Made by a program: the position numbers and the translations under genes. Below are positions 53,063 through 64,000 of a DNA stretch of 64,000 nt, piece after piece (position 1 is the stretch's first letter; the number at the start of each line of letters is the position of its first letter). The notes beneath the pieces were generated by a model, which worked only from the letters and a program-made list of their open reading frames with translations, was not told the origin of the DNA and made no database searches. Source of the DNA: Podarcis pityusensis (taxonomy: Eukaryota); assembly GCA_964106645.2 (NCBI GenBank), contig OZ067051.1, one strand, 5' to 3'.

Positions 53063-53349
53063 TGTGGAATCTCTGTACATTTGCTCAGGTTAAAGGAACC
53101 AAAATTTGATATCTGTAACACAAGCACTATGGTAAGTCCCCTTTTGCAGCTATTTCTATACTATTTTCTATATCTTCACAAGAGCCATGGAAGGTATGTT
53201 AGACTGAGAGTTGGTAAGTGGTCAAAGGTGCAAAGTGAGCGAAAATAATGGTGGGTTAAGTGAGTTTAAAATATGAACATGCACATTCTCAGAGGTATTT
53301 TATTACTGTTTATCAAGGAAGGCATAATGCTTTTTGTCTGTGTATGATT

Positions 53350-53412
53350 TGGAGTCTACGAAACCCTATGCCATAATAAATTTGTTAGTCTTTAAGATAC
53401 CAGAAGACTTAT
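53350..53412 (+). mobile_element. Penelope-like terminal repeat fragment
   Basis: CGAAACCCTATGCCATAATAAATTTGTTAGTCTTTAAG resembles squamate Penelope pseudo-LTR ends. Confidence 0.5.
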
Positions 53413-54046
53413 TTTGTGCTGTGTTATTTCATGTGTTTCTTTGGGAGGGATGGGGGAATGTATTTGGGGAATGGCTTGAGAGACGCTGATGCCTTTATCG
53501 GGTATTGATAGAAACGTAGGATACCTGAGTTTTTCATGGGGCATATGTGTGTGGAATTGTCAATATCCACTAATAGAACTGTCAAGATGCTCTCCTGACT
53601 TTAAAATTACTGTCTTGTTGATGGTAGCGATTTACAGGACAGCTAAGTAATGGATGTTTGATAAAGCATAATTTTACAACTCATCTTAAAAAGAAGAATA
53701 AAAAAGTGGATATGATTACTTAATGACTGAATGATACAGCAACCCAGTTAGCCACACCATGAAAGCAAATGCTGAATAATCAGGTAATGAGAAGAATTGC
53801 CATTGATTAGCGGTTCAGTCAACCCTAACATGATAACATCAGGCATACTGATAAGGCTGTGTACACACAACATATTTAATGCATATTTAAAGCACGTTAT
53901 ATAGCCCAAAGAACACTGGGAACTGTCGCTTACCCTTCACAGAACTGCAGTTCATAGCACCCCTAAAAAAACTACAGTTCCCAGCATTCTTGGGGAAAAG
54001 TCATGTGCTTTAAAGGGACTTTACATGTAAAAAGCTAAAAAATAAA

Positions 54047-54475
54047 TGACCCCTGGATGGTTAAGTCCAGTCTATGGGGTTTGGCGCTCATCTCGCTTTT
54101 CAGGCTGAGGGAGCCAGCATTTGTCCACAGACAAGCAGGCAGCATGGTAGAGTGTGATGAGTGCCAGAGCACACGGAAACACTGTTTACCTCCCTGCCAC
54201 AGTGGTACCTATTAATCTACTCACGCTGGTATGCTTTTGAACTGCTAGGTTGGCAGGAGCAGGGACAGAGCAACGGCAGCTCACCTCATCAAACTGCCGA
54301 CCTTCCAATTGGCAAGATCAGTGGTGGCCAAACTTGGCCCTCCAGATGTTTTTGGCTTACAACTCCCATGATCCCTAGCTAGCAGGACCAGTGGTCAGGG
54401 ATGATGGGAATTGTAGTCTTAAAAACATCTGGAGGGCCGAGTTTGAGGATGCCTGGTTTAGACCATAGCGCCACC
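54047..54475 (-). mobile_element. Sauria-type SINE with nested palindromic MITE (about 54319-54455)
   Basis: Diagnostic stretch GTGGTACCTATTAATCTACTC...GAACTGCTAGGTTGGCAGGAGC. The MITE has CCAGATGTTTTTGG / AAAACATCTGGAGGGCC arms. Confidence 0.78.
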
Positions 54476-56645
54476 TAAGATACACCCACTTTGTGAAGCA
54501 TTTCTCTAATAACAACAGCAAATGTGTATCTTCCTACATTATTGAAAAGTGTCCACAGAAAATGTGTGCAATAAAGAATGTAACATATAAAAGCACTTGC
54601 AAAAATTGGACATGAAGAGGTATGTACACAAAAAGGTGGGCAAATTTTCATGCAGACTTCTTAAAGAAGCCTGCAGTTGCGTACCTTGTGCGGAAGTAAG
54701 CTGAATTCAGGATTGTGGAGTTGAATTGAATTTAGGTTTGGAACAAAAAATAAATTGACAAAAACTGAAAATTAAGAAAAACAAAAGTGTCCGCCCCAAG
54801 TACACATAAGGAGGAAATTCCAACAGAGCTTTGAGAAACAGTGGAGAGCAGAGTCATGATAGCTATGTACTATGTATATCCACTGTCAGAAGCATCCACT
54901 GCCAGTTGCTGATAATTTGAATGTGGTCAAAGTGCTCTTGTGCTTGGGTCCTGCTTGTGGGTTTCCCACAGCCCTCTGGCTGGCCACTGTGAGAGCAGGA
55001 AGTTGGTTTACATGGGCCATTGGCCTGATCCAGGCTCTTTTTATGATGCAGCAGGCTTGTTTTGTGTTCTGCGCTTTTATTTTTTTAAAAACTCTTTGCA
55101 TATGTGGGAGCAACTGAGAGGTACATTAAGCAAAGGACTCTCTCAAAGCCTCTGTTGTGTTCTGGGAAGGAGTGGTCTCTCATCAGGGATGAAGGAGAAT
55201 TTCAATTCAGTTCACCTTTAAAGGCAAGTTTGCCACACTTGCACTTTTCAAAACAATATGGAAACTGAAGCTCAGCCATCCTTTGAAATTTGCACCTCTC
55301 TGAACATTGCAATGCAGTTTTCCATCTACGTGAGGTGTACAAAAATACATATAACTAAAGGGTGTGCACCAATGCATACATTAGTGAAAATAAAACAAAA
55401 AATGCATTCTATCACAGAAAATTGCATTGCAAAAATGTGTACACGAGGAGAAATTTGCACAAGAATGTGGATTAATTTTCATTGGTCTAGTCTTTTTTTT
55501 CTTTTTTTTTTAAATGCAAACTGGTGTGGAAATGTAGAGAACTGAAGGCTGGAAAAACAAGAAACAGCGAAAAACTGAAATTGATATATTCACCCCTCTC
55601 TGGTTATGATCCATTGCTTGCACCTTACCTCATATGAGAGAAAGATGATGCTAGGGAAATCCCAGTGAGTACGGTACATGTTTTGCAAGCAAAAGGCCTC
55701 ATATTCAATCTCTGGTTGCAAGGGGGGAAAAGAGATCTTAGATAGCCGGACTAGGAAGCAGCCCTAGATACCTGGGGACTATCACACTGGACTAAATGGG
55801 CCAATTGCTTGATATAAGAAGGCAGCTTTCTAGGTTCGTATGTTAGGTGTGTGATGCACCTAGTGCAGTGCATATATATATATTTTAAGAGACATGTGGC
55901 AACTAGGAAGGCCAGAGATCCTGACCTTTAAAGAGTTATGCAGGGGCCATAGGTAGTACATCTGCTTTGGATGTAGGAAGTCTTAAGTTTAGAACCCCAG
56001 TATCTCCTGGTAGTGCCCTCTACCTGAGTCAATGGAAAGCTGCTGTCGGTCAATTTAGATAATACTGAGCCAGGTGGACCAGTGGTCTGACTCAGTGGAA
56101 GACCGCTTCCGAATGAAAGGAGGATTGTCCCTGGACTGGGTGTCTAAGCTGGGGGTAGATAAGAAGAGCTTGGAAGCTGCATTAAGACCGCCCTGTAGGG
56201 TGCCCTAGTTGATGATTCTTATGTACACTGTGTGTCTTACTCATATGTGAAGTGGCATTTGCTTCCAAGTAAGGGTGGGCTTTCGAAAGCTTGGGATGTC
56301 TGCTTTTGAGATCATGACTGCGTGGTTTCCGTGATTCACCCTCTAGATAAAGAAGCATGGAGAATTCTTTCTCATCCTCCCCCGTAGCAGCTTCACTCCT
56401 TTAATTGCTATCATCCCAGTGTGTTAACATTATTTAATTGCTATATTATTAAATGATACAAGATGTACTAAGGGAATTTTTTAATCAGCATATTTTATAG
56501 ACTGGGGGTGGGAAATCAGTTTTTTAATAAAAAAACGAAAGAAAGTGAAGAAGGAGAAGAAGGTTAACAGCTAGGAGGTGGCTGTTTGGTGAAAAAGGAC
56601 AGCTACTAGAATGACATTACAATGTAAGAGAGAGTGGGGAGATCA

Positions 56646-56648
<3 letters not shown>

Positions 56649-56688
<40 letters not shown>
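56649..56688. repeat. (TA)n microsatellite
   Basis: 20 units. Confidence 0.97.
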
Positions 56689-56689
<1 letters not shown>

Positions 56690-56981
56690 CATGGAGCATT
56701 AATAAATGAGCAGACCTTATACCAGGAGAAAGTTCACTGTGTTTTTGCAACAGGAGGTGGTACATTTGCTGGGTTGGAAAAGACAATGAATTGAATTGCA
56801 GGATCATGACTGATTTGGGTAGGAACAGCAGTGGCTGGTGCCCTTCAGGATTGGTAGGGAGACTAACGATAGATGGAGCCAGAGCCAATGGCAGCCAGAG
56901 CCAATCAGCTGTAGTTTTGTCCCCATCCTCCTCCCTGTTGAATTCTGAATTCTGAAAGGGCAACACTGAAGATGCATTCAT

Positions 56982-57388
56982 ATATCATATAATTGTAGAG
57001 TTGGAAGGGACCCTAAGGATCATCTAGTCCAGGGGTCAGCAACGTTTTTCAGCCGTGGGCCGGTCCATCGTCCCTCAGACCATGTGGTGGGCCAGACTAT
57101 ATTGGGGGGGGGGGGTGAACGAATTCCTATGCCCCACAACTAACCCAGAGATGCATTTAAAATAAAAGGACACATTCTACTCATCTAAAAACACATTGAT
57201 TCCTGGACCGTCCACGGGCCGGATTGAGAAGGCAATTGGGCTGCATGCAGCCCCCGGACCTTAGGTTGCCTACCCCTGATCTAGTCCAACTCCCTGCAGT
57301 GCAGGAATATGTAGCTGTTCCATATGGGAATTGAACCTGCAACCTTGGTGTTATCAGCACCATGCTCTAACTAACCAACTGAGCTAGG
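56982..57388 (-). mobile_element. tRNA-head / CR1-tail SINE (interrupted by the MITE)
   Basis: Minus strand has a tRNA-like head (TAGCTCAGTTGG...GGTTCAATTCCC, A and B boxes) followed by a CR1-type tail (GGAGTTGGACTAGATGATCCTTAGGGTCCCTTCCAACTCTAC once the MITE is removed). Confidence 0.8.
57030..57278 (+). mobile_element. hAT-family MITE nested in a SINE
   Basis: Same family as the 33163 copy. Perfect 8-bp TSD ATCTAGTC (57022-57029, 57279-57286). Confidence 0.92.
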
Positions 57389-57593
57389 CAGATTCACACG
57401 TGAGGAGTATTGCATTAGTTTTCCTGATTATAATGCTATTTCTGTCTCATCTTCTAATGCTCCTTTCATACTGCAGTAGCTGTTGTGATATGGAACTCTG
57501 GCTTTTTGGGCAACACAAGATATTGTATGGATATTTTTGGATGTATAGTTTTATGTTTATGTTTTGTTTTGAAGAGTTCTACAAGTAAAAGTT

Positions 57594-57620
57594 TGATGAT
57601 GATGATGATGATGATGATGA
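57594..57620. repeat. (TGA)n microsatellite
   Basis: About 9 units. Confidence 0.92.
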
Positions 57621-59328
57621 TACCACCCAATACCCAGAAGAAGTCTCAGGGAGTTTCACAGAATAAAATCAAAATATAAAACCACAAAATACAAGATCAA
57701 AAATAAAAACAACAACCCAATAACTCCGCCCCCCCAAAAAACCCCCACCACATTTTAAAAAAGAACATAGGATGTCAATCAAATCAACCAAAGGCTTGGT
57801 AAAAAAGGAACATTTTCATTGGTGTGGGCAATGATTCATTCCAAAAGTCAGTTCTCATTCATCCAGTTGCTTCAAACTGCGCAATAATAATATCGGCAAT
57901 AGGAGATGTTGAGGACTGGAGCTGGGGCTTACTGCATGCTAAGCATGTGATCAGCCACTGAGCTATGTGGTCCTTCATCCAAGAGATGAAACTCCCAGCA
58001 GCAATTAGAGGAGCTGAGTCAATGTGAGAGAAAGGTGGGCCATATAATAGGGTGACCAGGTGTGCTACGTTACAGAGAGAACACTCCTCTGCTTGAAAGA
58101 GTCCTCTGGGTGAAGGGCTGCTCAGTCCAAAGCCTGGCTTAAAGCTAAAGCATCTTAAGAAAGGAGAGCAGAGGAGGCCTTGAAGATGCCTGTCAACAGT
58201 GAGACAGCGGATGCAACAGGTCCCCTGATGACAGTCTTCTCATTATGCTGATATCTATGGCACTTCTATTTAAATTATAGTAATAGCTTCTAAATTTGCA
58301 TCTATACATAGGAATCGGAACATGCAAATTTTATGCAGATCTTTTGTCCTCTTTTGGGAGGGGGGATAATTCCCCACCCCAAGGCACAGAACGATTGAGC
58401 GGCTCTCATCTCAGAGAAAAGGCAGGTCAGGTTGATACACAGAGGAAGGAAGGAGCAGAAGCAGTGGGGTTGGGGGTTGGGGGAGCTGGATAACCAGGAG
58501 CTGGGGGTCTCGAGAAGGCAGCAGCCCAGCACAAAGAAGGGAGCATTGTAAAAGGATGGGGTTCCAAGGAATTAGGAAGGCGGCGGCAAAGGGGCACAGA
58601 GGGGAGTGGGGGGGGGAAATTGAATAAAATATTGGGGGGAAGGTAAGCCCTGCACTGCATAATTGATCACATGACACACCATTTGAATGGCAATGTTCAT
58701 CAAGGAGGAGGAGGCCTGCCCCCCTCAAATATTTTATGGGGGGCAAAGCCCCCTTGGCCCCTAGGAGTCGGCTCCTGTGGAGGGGAGCCACCAAGATGAG
58801 GAATAGCTTCGAAATATCAGCATCTAGATCACTGGCTGGAGCCCTTTAGTTTGAGTAACGAGACATAGGAGAGGAGATAGAGGCCATATTCATTCACACC
58901 ATACATTTAAAGCACCTAGATTTAACACACTATGATCCCCAGCTTTCTGTGAAATGAGGGATTGATTGTTGGACCACTCTGAGAACTGTAGCTGTAGAAG
59001 GGGAATAGGGGCTCTCCTATCAACTCTCAGCACTCTTAACAAACTACAGCTCCCAGAATTCTTTGGGGGAAGCCATGACTGCTTAACGTGGCATCACAGT
59101 GCTTTAAATGTATATTGTGAATGTTGCTGACATATACCGGTATTTCTTTTTTAATAGGAGCAAATTAGCAGATTGCAGAGGGACCTCTAGACAAGAGATT
59201 GCAGTCTACCCAAGCACCTAATCTACAGCATGGGTGATTTATAGCATGGTTATCCTGCCCAGCCCCAGTGACCAGGTTCTCAGTCAAGCAACTGCCCCCC
59301 CCCCCCACTGGAGTTGAGATCCACTCAC

Positions 59329-59403
59329 TGTTGTAGCTGCCATTGCTGCTAGTCTCTGCTGCTGCCACGTTGTCCTGAAATAGCCCTTCGGATGCGGCAC
59401 TTC
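59329..59403 (-). CDS. NTRK3: NTRK3 alternative 25-aa kinase-insert cassette exon (KI25)
   Basis: 75 nt, phase 0/0, acceptor ctgtcag|GAA, consensus donor ACA|gtgagt. Encodes EVPHPKGYFRTTWQQQRLAAMAATT, matching in length and in the WQQQRLAA core the 25-aa activation-loop insert I recall from rodent TrkC. Correct position upstream of the VGGHTML exon. Confidence 0.9.
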
Positions 59404-59814
59404 CTGACAGCGAATGGTTGGAGACAAAGGGAAAGGAGGGTTGGGGGAAAACAGAGAAGGAAAGCAGGGAGGGAGGACGGTGGGGGTGGGGGATATGTGA
59501 AGGAATGAAGTAGGGGACAAGAAGGGAAAGGGTGTGTCTTTAACTGCATCATACGTCTTTTCACCGGCTGCAACATTCCAACAGCTTAATGTATATTTCA
59601 GGCTTTTCGATAGGTTGTTGCCTATGGTGGTATCGGTTTCATAATTTTTGACCTGGCAATATATTGCGAATCATGGTGTGTGTGTATGTGTATGTGCTAT
59701 GCAAAAATCACAATATGGGAAAAGCCATGAAGCTACTGTTGGAAACAAAATCTGCCCTTTTCCCCTTATAGGGTACACAAGAGCCCTTATAGAGTCCTTT
59801 GTAGGTTCTCCATC

Positions 59815-60404
59815 TGTCGGAGAAAAATAACAGAGCCAACCAGAGAATATTGAGAAGCAAAGCAGCTAGTAAGCCTGATCTTTATTAAAGCTGTTGCAAC
59901 AGGGTGCTCACCCCACACGCAGGAGAAAGGAGGAGGACCCAGAACAAAGGTGTGCCCGCCCTTATATAGACTTTTTAAATTGCCCACCCTCAAACTCTAG
60001 ACCACCCCAATACATCATACATACATACATCACAGGGAACTGTCCAAAACAGAATACTGAGTGTGTTGTTTATCTCCTGTCTGGAAAGTTACCTGATTGC
60101 ATTATCTGGGTTTTGGCCACTCTTTTGTTATTATAACTACTTAATTCCTGAATCCAGGTCACAGGTCACAGGCTCACCCTATTCACACCTTAAATGTGCC
60201 CTTAAGGCAGGATTTGTGAGCACAGAGAGAATGGGGAGGTTTTTTTTTTCATTTCCTCTCTCCTTGCAGAGAAACATTTGGTCAGTTTGGGAGAGTCAAA
60301 ATGGTTTCAGGACTGTTTTCCTATACTGTTTCAGAGACGTATTTATGCACATGTTTGCCTTGTACATTTAATTTATATATTTGAGACATTAAATTCTTAT
60401 AACA
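59815..60404 (-). mobile_element. ERV-like solo LTR, sense to NTRK3
   Basis: TGT...ACA termini. On minus, TATATAAG at about 59961-59968 is followed about 75 nt later by AATAAA (59881-59886), the U3-R-U5 order. Flanks CCATC / CTACC are only a degraded TSD. Confidence 0.62.
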
Positions 60405-61469
60405 CTACCCAATGCCTCTCTCAATTCCTTCAGCCCCTGTTAACTCTGCAGGGGCCAGAAAAAAATCAGGATGCAGGAAAAACCATGAAGCTAGCCAATG
60501 CTTCTACATAGCTCCATCACAATGTTGAAACCCAGATACTGCCCAGCCCTAGTTGTGGGTCCCCAAGCAGCTGCCCAAGGATGCCAAGCACTGGTGCTAG
60601 GGGATGTTCACAAGCAGGGAATAGCAGCAGCTGCATCCGTATCTCGATACAATGCAGTCTTCACCAACCTGGAGTCTTCCATAAGTTTTGGACTACAATT
60701 CCCATCATTCACAGCAAGCATAGCATCCTGGCTGGGGATGATGGGAGTTGTCGCCCAAAGCTTCTGGAGGGCACCAAGTTAGCAAGGCTTATATGTAGAG
60801 ATCAGTGATGGTTGGAGGCTCTAGTTGAGAGGGAGGGAAATAATATTATTGCTGTATTTTTTAAAAACTCCCCTGGATTCAGAAGTTACAATTTGTCTGA
60901 TATGAGAATCCCACAGCCAACAATGGGACATTATGCACAAACAAACTCTAAGCAAAAAAAGCAATCAAGATTCAGAAGGGGGGGAACACAAATATAATAA
61001 AGAACAGTGCTAATCTCATCTAACGTGCTGGGATGAAAGACTGATGTCTCTCTCCCCCGTCCCTCCGCAAATAACTTAGAGAGACAGCACTCCATTGTTG
61101 ATTTACAACCCTCTTTGAGTAAAAATGAAGAAACTGCCATTGCTTCAGACTATACAAAACCCAATGATCTCATCCATTTCCCTTGTATGGTCAGGAGAAG
61201 AGAAAGAGGAGAAACATTTCTTTTCCTGGCTGCTGTGAGATTCTAGCAAAACGTTGCAAAGCTTAAGTTATTGCTGGGAAGAATTAGAAGGGATTTGGAG
61301 CAACCTGTTTTTGACGGAATAATTCCGTTAGGACCTAAGCTACTTATTGGATATGGTCCACTGCAAGGATGGCTTTAGTTCAGCTCTGTTGCTTCACAGG
61401 CCACCTTCCACCATGTCTCACATTGCTCCCAGCAACAAGTAGACCCTTTGTAGGCCTCCTCTCAGGATT

Positions 61470-61710
61470 GGACTTGAATCAAAGGCTTCAACGTGCCAGA
61501 AAGGCGATTCTGACTAAACATCAGGAAGAACTTTCTGACAGTAAGAGCTGCTTGACAGTGGAACAGACTCCCTTGAGAGGTTGCAATCTCTCCTTCACTC
61601 GAGGTTTTTAAGTAGAGGTTGGATGGCTATCTGTCATGGATGCTTTAGCTGAGATTCCTGCATTGCAGGGGGTTGGACTAGATGACATTCCAACTCTTAG
61701 GATTCTATTG
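61470..61710 (+). mobile_element. CR1 LINE 3' end
   Basis: ...CATCAGGAAGAACTTTCTGACAGTAAGAGC...TGCAGGGGGTTGGACTAGATGA...GGATTCTA. Confidence 0.82.
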
Positions 61711-62132
61711 CATCTCGTGTGAGGCCAAAATTTTCCCCCAAATTTGCAGGTAAGGAGACACTTGGCTTTGGGAAGGAGGCATGAGGCTCTGGCAGTGTCC
61801 TATATTCCACCCACATCCTCCCCAAAGCTGGGGAAGTGCTAACTAGGCTTTGGGAAGTTGAAGGGAAGACTCTGGGACCCCGTCAGAGCCTCACGCTTCC
61901 TTCCCAAAGCTGAGCACCTCACTTACTGGGCTTTGAGATGGCACCCCCTTAGGTCAGCGCCCAGTGTGAGTGCACTGCTTGCAAAGCCCTAAATCCCTAA
62001 AGGTGCTGGCAAAGGACTGACAAACTCCTGTGGCCCATCTCAGGAGGCTGAACATGAATGTTATTCTATCTCTTGATCAAGATCAGAGCAGCAACAGCAC
62101 ATTTCTAACTCCATCTAGATACAACTAAAGTC

Positions 62133-62150
62133 CAGCGCCCCCTAGGGACT
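62133..62150 (-). promoter_or_regulatory. CTCF-like motif
   Basis: Minus strand AGTCCCTAGGGGGCGCTG closely matches the CTCF core CCASYAGRKGGCRS. Confidence 0.5.
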
Positions 62151-64000
62151 AGGGATAATGACGCTATCCACATAAGGAGACTGCCATATCTGAATCTAAA
62201 CCTGGAGGGTCTTCAGCTCAGGGTGCCTCAGGCCAGTGGCTGAAAATATCTAGTATTGACCAAGAAATATTTATACCAGGCCTGGCCAATCCAGAGACTT
62301 CATGGCACTTTTCAACCGCAGGGGCCAAATCAACCCTGTTGACCTCTGTCCCTGGAATGTCCTCAGAGGCCTGAGCACACACCCTCCATATAAGAACATA
62401 AGAAGGGCCTGTTGGATTGCATCTATGGCCCTTCAAGGCCAGCATCCTGTTCTCACACTGGCCAATTGCATGCCAATAGGAAGTCTGCAAGCTGGACCTT
62501 AGTGTAATAGCATTCCAATATAGTTTACTAATCTAGGTTTCTGCTAAAGTCCAAACTGCTGACAGACACAGACAATGGTACGATGGTGGAGAAACATGCA
62601 CAAATGGGCCTCATTAGGACATCCCAGAGGTCTCATGGTGAATTTGTTTGCCCAGCTCATTGCAGACCATTCACATCTAGATGTTGTGCATTCAAAAGGG
62701 CTTCTTTTCATGTTCTTGAATTAGGAACAAAAACTCTTTTGTTGTTGTTGTTCCCTTAGACATCCAAGGAGCTGCCCTTCCAAAAACTCCTGTTCCGATG
62801 CATATGCAATTTTGTGCACCATTGCCCACCAATGTTAACATTCTCTGTGTGAGAGCCTAATCACAACAATTATTTGATTAAAGGCTACTGCCAGACATCC
62901 ACCATGCAAGACTCACGAAATGAATGGGAGTTTAAGAAGGAACAAGGTTATCATTATACCAGCATATCCATTGACACTTATCAGCACAATATGGGGTGTG
63001 GGCACATAAAGGACTGGTCTTTGAGCTTTAGATGATGCACATGAAAGGAACCAGGGTTATACTCTCTAGTCACCATTACTCCCTCTAATAGTGAACACAG
63101 CCCAAAGTATTGGAGTCTCAGAGAAACAAGAAGGAGATATTAGCAAATCCAAGGTTGGCAGTAGTTTTTTGTTTTTTTAAAATGACCCTAAAGGGGCAAA
63201 CCTCCCAACCAAGGAATCAGCTATAGACTGAGCATAGGAACATTGGGAGCTGCCTTATACTGAATCAGATCTTTGGTCCATGTAGCTCAGTGTTGCTTAC
63301 ACTGGCTGGCAGTTGCTCTCCAGGGTTTCAGACCAGGGCTCTATCCCAGTCTTACCTGGAGATGCTGGGGATTGAACTTGTGACTTCTGAATGCAAGACA
63401 GATGCTCTGCCAATGAGTTATGGCCCTGAGCATGGACTGTAGCCCTGGAACATTGTGTGATAGAACAGGAGAAAATGAGAAAGTTGGGGAGGGAGTTGAA
63501 TCAGTATCCTGAATCAGTGGCCGACTGGACCGTTGAACTGACTCGTCCCCTCCCTCTGTGAAACAGAAATAACGAGCTTCATTTTGCAAGCCAATCCAAA
63601 ACTCTAAAAAGCTTTTTTTCTTTTTTCTTTAGCAATGACTGCATGAAAACTGGTGGGTGGGAGGAAGGAATGCTCATGTGTGACCCTCTCTCCAAATGTC
63701 ATCTGTGAATGATGGGATTCTTGGCCCCTTCACTCGGTATCCAAAGCAAAGCCATGAAGAAACTTCTTCATGGCTTTTGTCAGGAACTGCTGACAACTAT
63801 CCCATGTGGCAAGCCCTGTCACCACAGTTTCTCACCAAAGAACCTTTGAGACCAACTCCATCCAGGCTGGCCATTGGCTCTTCCTGGATAGGGTAGAGAA
63901 CCTTCTGTCTTAGTGGCACTTTCCTCAAGTAACAAGGTCTATCCGAGTTTGGATGTGTATCTAGCCTGAATTATTGTCTTATTCACTGATCCTGAATATT

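Noticed and set aside
52741-53248. Cluster of overlapping 95-128 aa ORFs
   Set aside because: A by-product of the GC-rich MITE lacking stop codons.
59695-59730. Minus-strand 'DFCI' peptide similar to the 14-aa insert
   Set aside because: Wrong side of the 25-aa exon, and no in-frame splice sites.

Overview
Vertebrate genomic DNA, squamate by its repeat content (RTE-BovB, Sauria-type and tRNA-derived SINEs, CR1, hAT and Tc1/mariner MITEs); a lacertid-like lizard is my inference. The window holds the 3' end of NTRK3 (TrkC) on the minus strand. It contains the last two kinase-domain exons (32713-32871 and 29412-29597) and, 26.5 kb upstream, a clean 75-nt cassette exon (59329-59403) encoding the 25-aa TrkC kinase insert, which the ORF track hides inside a spurious ORF. 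The exon ending in DYYR lies beyond the right edge. Below the stop codon there is a proximal AATAAA and a well-formed distal poly(A) site at about 110, which suggests a 3' UTR of up to about 29 kb. The rest is intron/UTR with dense transposon relics and repeat-free islands that look like conserved non-coding elements. The most notable structures are the kinase-insert exon with its 132-nt AG-free pyrimidine tract and neighbouring sense-oriented LTR, a BovB insertion with twin-priming geometry, and an inverted hAT-MITE pair beside a splice acceptor. I found no prokaryotic system, no CRISPR array and no evidence for a wholly new biological system. Almost all short ORFs in the track are noise. Repeat boundaries without a quoted TSD are approximate.
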